NCBI GenBank assembly: GCA_030390025.1
Contig: CM059432.1
Span: 56,298,001-56,362,000 of the forward strand
Origin: Squalus acanthias
Taxonomy: Eukaryota
Length of the DNA stretch: 64,000 nt
Reading direction: 5' to 3'
Under the pieces are notes generated by a model. The model saw only the letters and a list, made by a program, of their open reading frames with translations. It did not search any database and was not told the origin of the DNA. Positions 60,686 to 64,000 of the stretch are shown piece by piece. The position numbers and the translations under genes are program-made. Each line of letters opens with the position of its first letter. Positions within the stretch are counted from its first letter, which is position 1.

Positions 60686-61735
60686 CCAAAAGCAAAATAC
60701 TGCGGATGCTTGGAATCTGAAATAAAAACAGAAAATGCTGGAAATACTCTGCAGGTCAGGCAGCATCTGTGGAGAGAGAACGAGTAATACCGCCTTTGAA
60801 ATTGACCGCAAGTTCAGGATTTCCGCATGCGCTTGCACTAAATCCCGGACTTGCGATCTGTCAAGTTCCGACTCCACATCGGCTTCGCTGCACGTTTCAC
60901 CTACCCATTTAAATCAATGTGCTGGCGAAAAGTTGGGCTAATTGCCCACCAACTGCTCATTAATTACCCTGAAAACTTTTACGTCTGGTGCAAACAGGGG
61001 CAGAAGCCTGTTGCACAGTAAGGGGAAGGGGGGGAATGAGAAAATTGTATTAGTTTATGCTACAGTGAGGCACTAGTTCGTGTCTGAGTGGATACAAACT
61101 TTGAAAGAAACTTTAATTTGTTCGAGTTTGAAAACAGGACTTTTTTATGTCCAAAAGCCTTTTGTAGTTTCAATTTAATTATTTCCCAACTTCTATTTAG
61201 ATTGGATTTAATTCACTTTCATGATTTCCTCATGTTATCAGACATTTAAACTCTCGATTTTAGATTATTTAAATTAATCAAAAGTTAGTTAGTCTAATCG
61301 AGGAGAAACTAATTCGATAGGACTATAAGACTGTAATTATAGGTTTGTGTATTAGAATCTTGGTTTGTGTATTAAATACTATTGCAGTGATCGTAATTTA
61401 TTAATAAAACATTTCTGGCTGCTAAATTATTTAAAATGAGTTGTGGGCAAATCAGCAATCTCCTTCTGTTTCCTGATTGGTTAAGGGTCAGGAAGTGAAA
61501 GGAGCACCGCCCCATGTGATCCTAGGTTCGCATATGCACAACGGTGCGCCCCTGGGATCTGTGGGCCACTATGCTGCGCACAACTCTGCAGCATTTGAAA
61601 GCAACTTTTTGAAGAGGGGTTTGCACGAGATAAGTGCGGATTTCGTTCGGATATCAGCGGCGTACTGCTAAGCTATGCCGCCGACCGCGAAATCAGGGCC
61701 AACGTTTCAGAACGATGACCTATCATCAGAATCGA
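60686..61735 (-). mobile_element. Penelope pLTR split by a GGCC-family MITE (~60785-61700)
   Basis: pLTR ...cagcatctgtggagagagaa stops at 60780 and resumes as aacgtttcagaacgatgacctatcatcagaa at 61701. MITE right TIR ccgaccgcgaaatcagggcc present; left TIR apparently lost. Confidence 0.72.
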
Positions 61736-62489
61736 GAATCCAGACTGGTTATGTAGATCAGAAGCAGTGGGGCCTCAGCACCAATTTCTATGATACTCTA
61801 TTCAGTGCATCTCTCCAGCTGGACACGACTCCTTTAACTGGTACCTGCTGCTTTCTCTCTTTGAACAAATTCTTTATGCAGCTCCAAATTTTACCTTGCG
61901 TACCCCACTATTGTTGTAGCCTTTCCGATGGAGCTTTCGATTTTCATGTAGGATGCAAGTTACTCAAAAAAGAAACGAGGCAGACTTTGCCTTTTTTTTA
62001 AAAAAAAAAAAAATTAATTAATTGGCTGCCATATGCTGGGTTATTTTCATATAGGTAGTCTTCAACTTTGTTTGTAGTGTTGCCTTTATATTGCTAGTTA
62101 TTGATGTCAAACTATAATAGTTTTGTCGTTACTCGGTTTATTTTAATACTTCTATTGAAAATGGGTACCATGTTAGCTTGTTTCCAATCCAGTGGGACCT
62201 CTCGTGTTCACTGAGTCCCTCATGATGATCACCAGCATTTTGTCAATTTTGTCTTGAATGACTCTTAGCACCCCTGGTATAAAGTGTCTACCCCGGCACT
62301 TTATTGATTTTGAGAGCTCTATATCTGTCTGCAACATTCATGCAAGTGATTACAAAATCATTAAGTTTAGTCATGTAACCTCTTGTGATGGGTGGTATGT
62401 TGCTAGTATCTTCTCTATTCATGACTTTTAGGAAATAATCACTTAATATGTTGATTATTTTTTGAACATATATATATATTTTATTTATA

Positions 62490-62710
62490 TATAACGACTT
62501 GTACTTTTATAGCAGTTGTAATATAACAAAAGCTTTTCACAGAGGTGAAAAAAACAATTGGGCAGTGTTGGGAGAAGGTTTAAGGACGGTCACTGAAGGT
62601 AAGGTCAGAGAGATCGGTTTTAAGGGAAGTTTTGAAAGTGGGGTGATATGTAGCAAGGTAATGGGGTTGAGAAAGACGATTCCAGTGTGGATCGGAGAAG
62701 GCTGACTGCT
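62490..62710 (-). mobile_element. Decayed L2 3' end
   Basis: aacgacttgtacttttatagc..ttcacagagg, followed by reverse-strand FKTSLKTDL similar to the L2 C-terminus. Confidence 0.5.
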
Positions 62711-63415
62711 TTAATTCACAATAGCATTTGTGTTTCTGTGCAATTTTTTCTTCTCGTGGTATTTCCACTGAGACCTGAAATTTCCAGCAACTTTTTCAGC
62801 GAATCTACAGGGCAACTTTTGTAAGCATAACTCATTTTTCTAATTTGTTAAAAAATAACTTGGTATACGAGGCAGTTAAATACTGGTTTAGAGAGCACAG
62901 GTCAGTTTAAAGATCAAGCTTCTGCAGCTTTTCATTGTTATGAGCTTTCAAAACTTTGATATGTTGTCTGCAGTTGATGGTGTTGTAGTATTTAATGCGA
63001 TTACAAATTGACAGCTGAAGCATTCAGGTTATGTAATGTGCATGCCAAAATTCTTGATTCTTGCTGATGGTGTAAAATGGTATGTTCTGCTGTTATCCTT
63101 CTTTGAGAACCCAATTTACTTTTTACGCTGATAGTCTCAACTGAAATCAATGCCACATTGAATTTGTATTTGTAATGTACTCATCCGTTCCACATTCACA
63201 TTAGTTAAAAAATTTGGTTATGGTAGTAACATTTTAGTAATTAATTAGAATTGAATATGATTTTTCCTTCAGTAGTTGAACATTTGTGTTTTCAGTTTGT
63301 TGCCTTAAGTAATATTTTAACAAAATTGTACAATATAATGCAATAGTACATACAATTAGACCTTTAATTATACTGTCTGTCTTTGCTTAAAAACTGTAGC
63401 AGTAGTTAGAGTCAC

Positions 63416-63916
63416 GGGGAAAAATTCAGTATCGCCCCATTTGGGGCGCAATTATCGGCCGGGCGCAAAGATTATTGCTTTGCGCTAATTATTCCCTCCG
63501 ACTTCAAACTTGGCTTTTATCGCCCCTGGAGGTGATTGGAGCGCTAAATCAGGCGCTTCACACCTGTCTTAAGGCGCAAAGGCCGAGGAGCGAGGCACTA
63601 CCTCAGAGCGCTGGCGAAGCTCGTGATGTCAGTCAGCAATGGAACAGAGACACAATGGCCCCGGCCAGTTCTTAAAGGGGAGGGTTGATCTTGCTCTCCA
63701 TCCACATCCTGCTCATTGCAGCCTTGAATCTTGGCCTGGAGAGACCTGAACATCAAATCTGCTGGAAAGAACAATGGAGAGAACCAGGGAAAGAGCTCAG
63801 AGTGCAGCCCCCACAGTCTCTTCTAAATAGATGCAAGGAAGGGCAAATCAAAATGAACCTGCAAAGTGCTGCTCAGTACCCAAAACCCCTTCACACAGTG
63901 TTGAATCTCTCCAGAA

Positions 63917-63959
<43 letters not shown>

Positions 63960-64000
63960 AATGCGTGGTGCAAAAATGTCACCAACAAAAAAAGGCAGGA
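63416..64000 (-). mobile_element. Non-autonomous internal-deletion derivative of the Harbinger element (inverted, runs off the window)
   Basis: Starts GGGGAAAAAATT. 63416-63800 matches the reverse complement of 20113-19730; 63801-64000 matches the reverse complement of ~16489-16295. Confidence 0.88.

Overview
Eukaryotic vertebrate DNA, most likely a cartilaginous fish (inferred from its CR1/L2/Penelope repeat content). The window lies inside the large + strand gene TRAPPC9 (NIBP). Four consecutive internal coding exons (7456-7599, 25653-25779, 33572-33717, 57724-57809) have GT-AG boundaries and splice in frame; the rest is intron packed with transposable elements. The main element is a structurally complete 4.15-kb PIF/Harbinger DNA transposon (15967-20113) with TIRs, a DDE transposase on + and a convergent three-exon 459-aa Myb/SANT-like gene on -, plus an inverted internal-deletion derivative at the window end. 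Also present: two Penelope-like GIY-YIG retroelements with TSDs and minimal hammerhead ribozyme motifs, solo hammerhead-bearing pLTR fragments, many CR1 and L2 LINE fragments, an ORF2-only LINE family apparently headed by a tRNA-like Pol III promoter, several MITEs, a ~200-bp-stem fold-back hairpin, and a >4.5-kb pyrimidine tract at the left edge. Most ORFs in the supplied track are TE fragments or low-complexity artefacts. Repeat boundaries without TSDs are approximate. Family names come from recalled motifs, not database searches.
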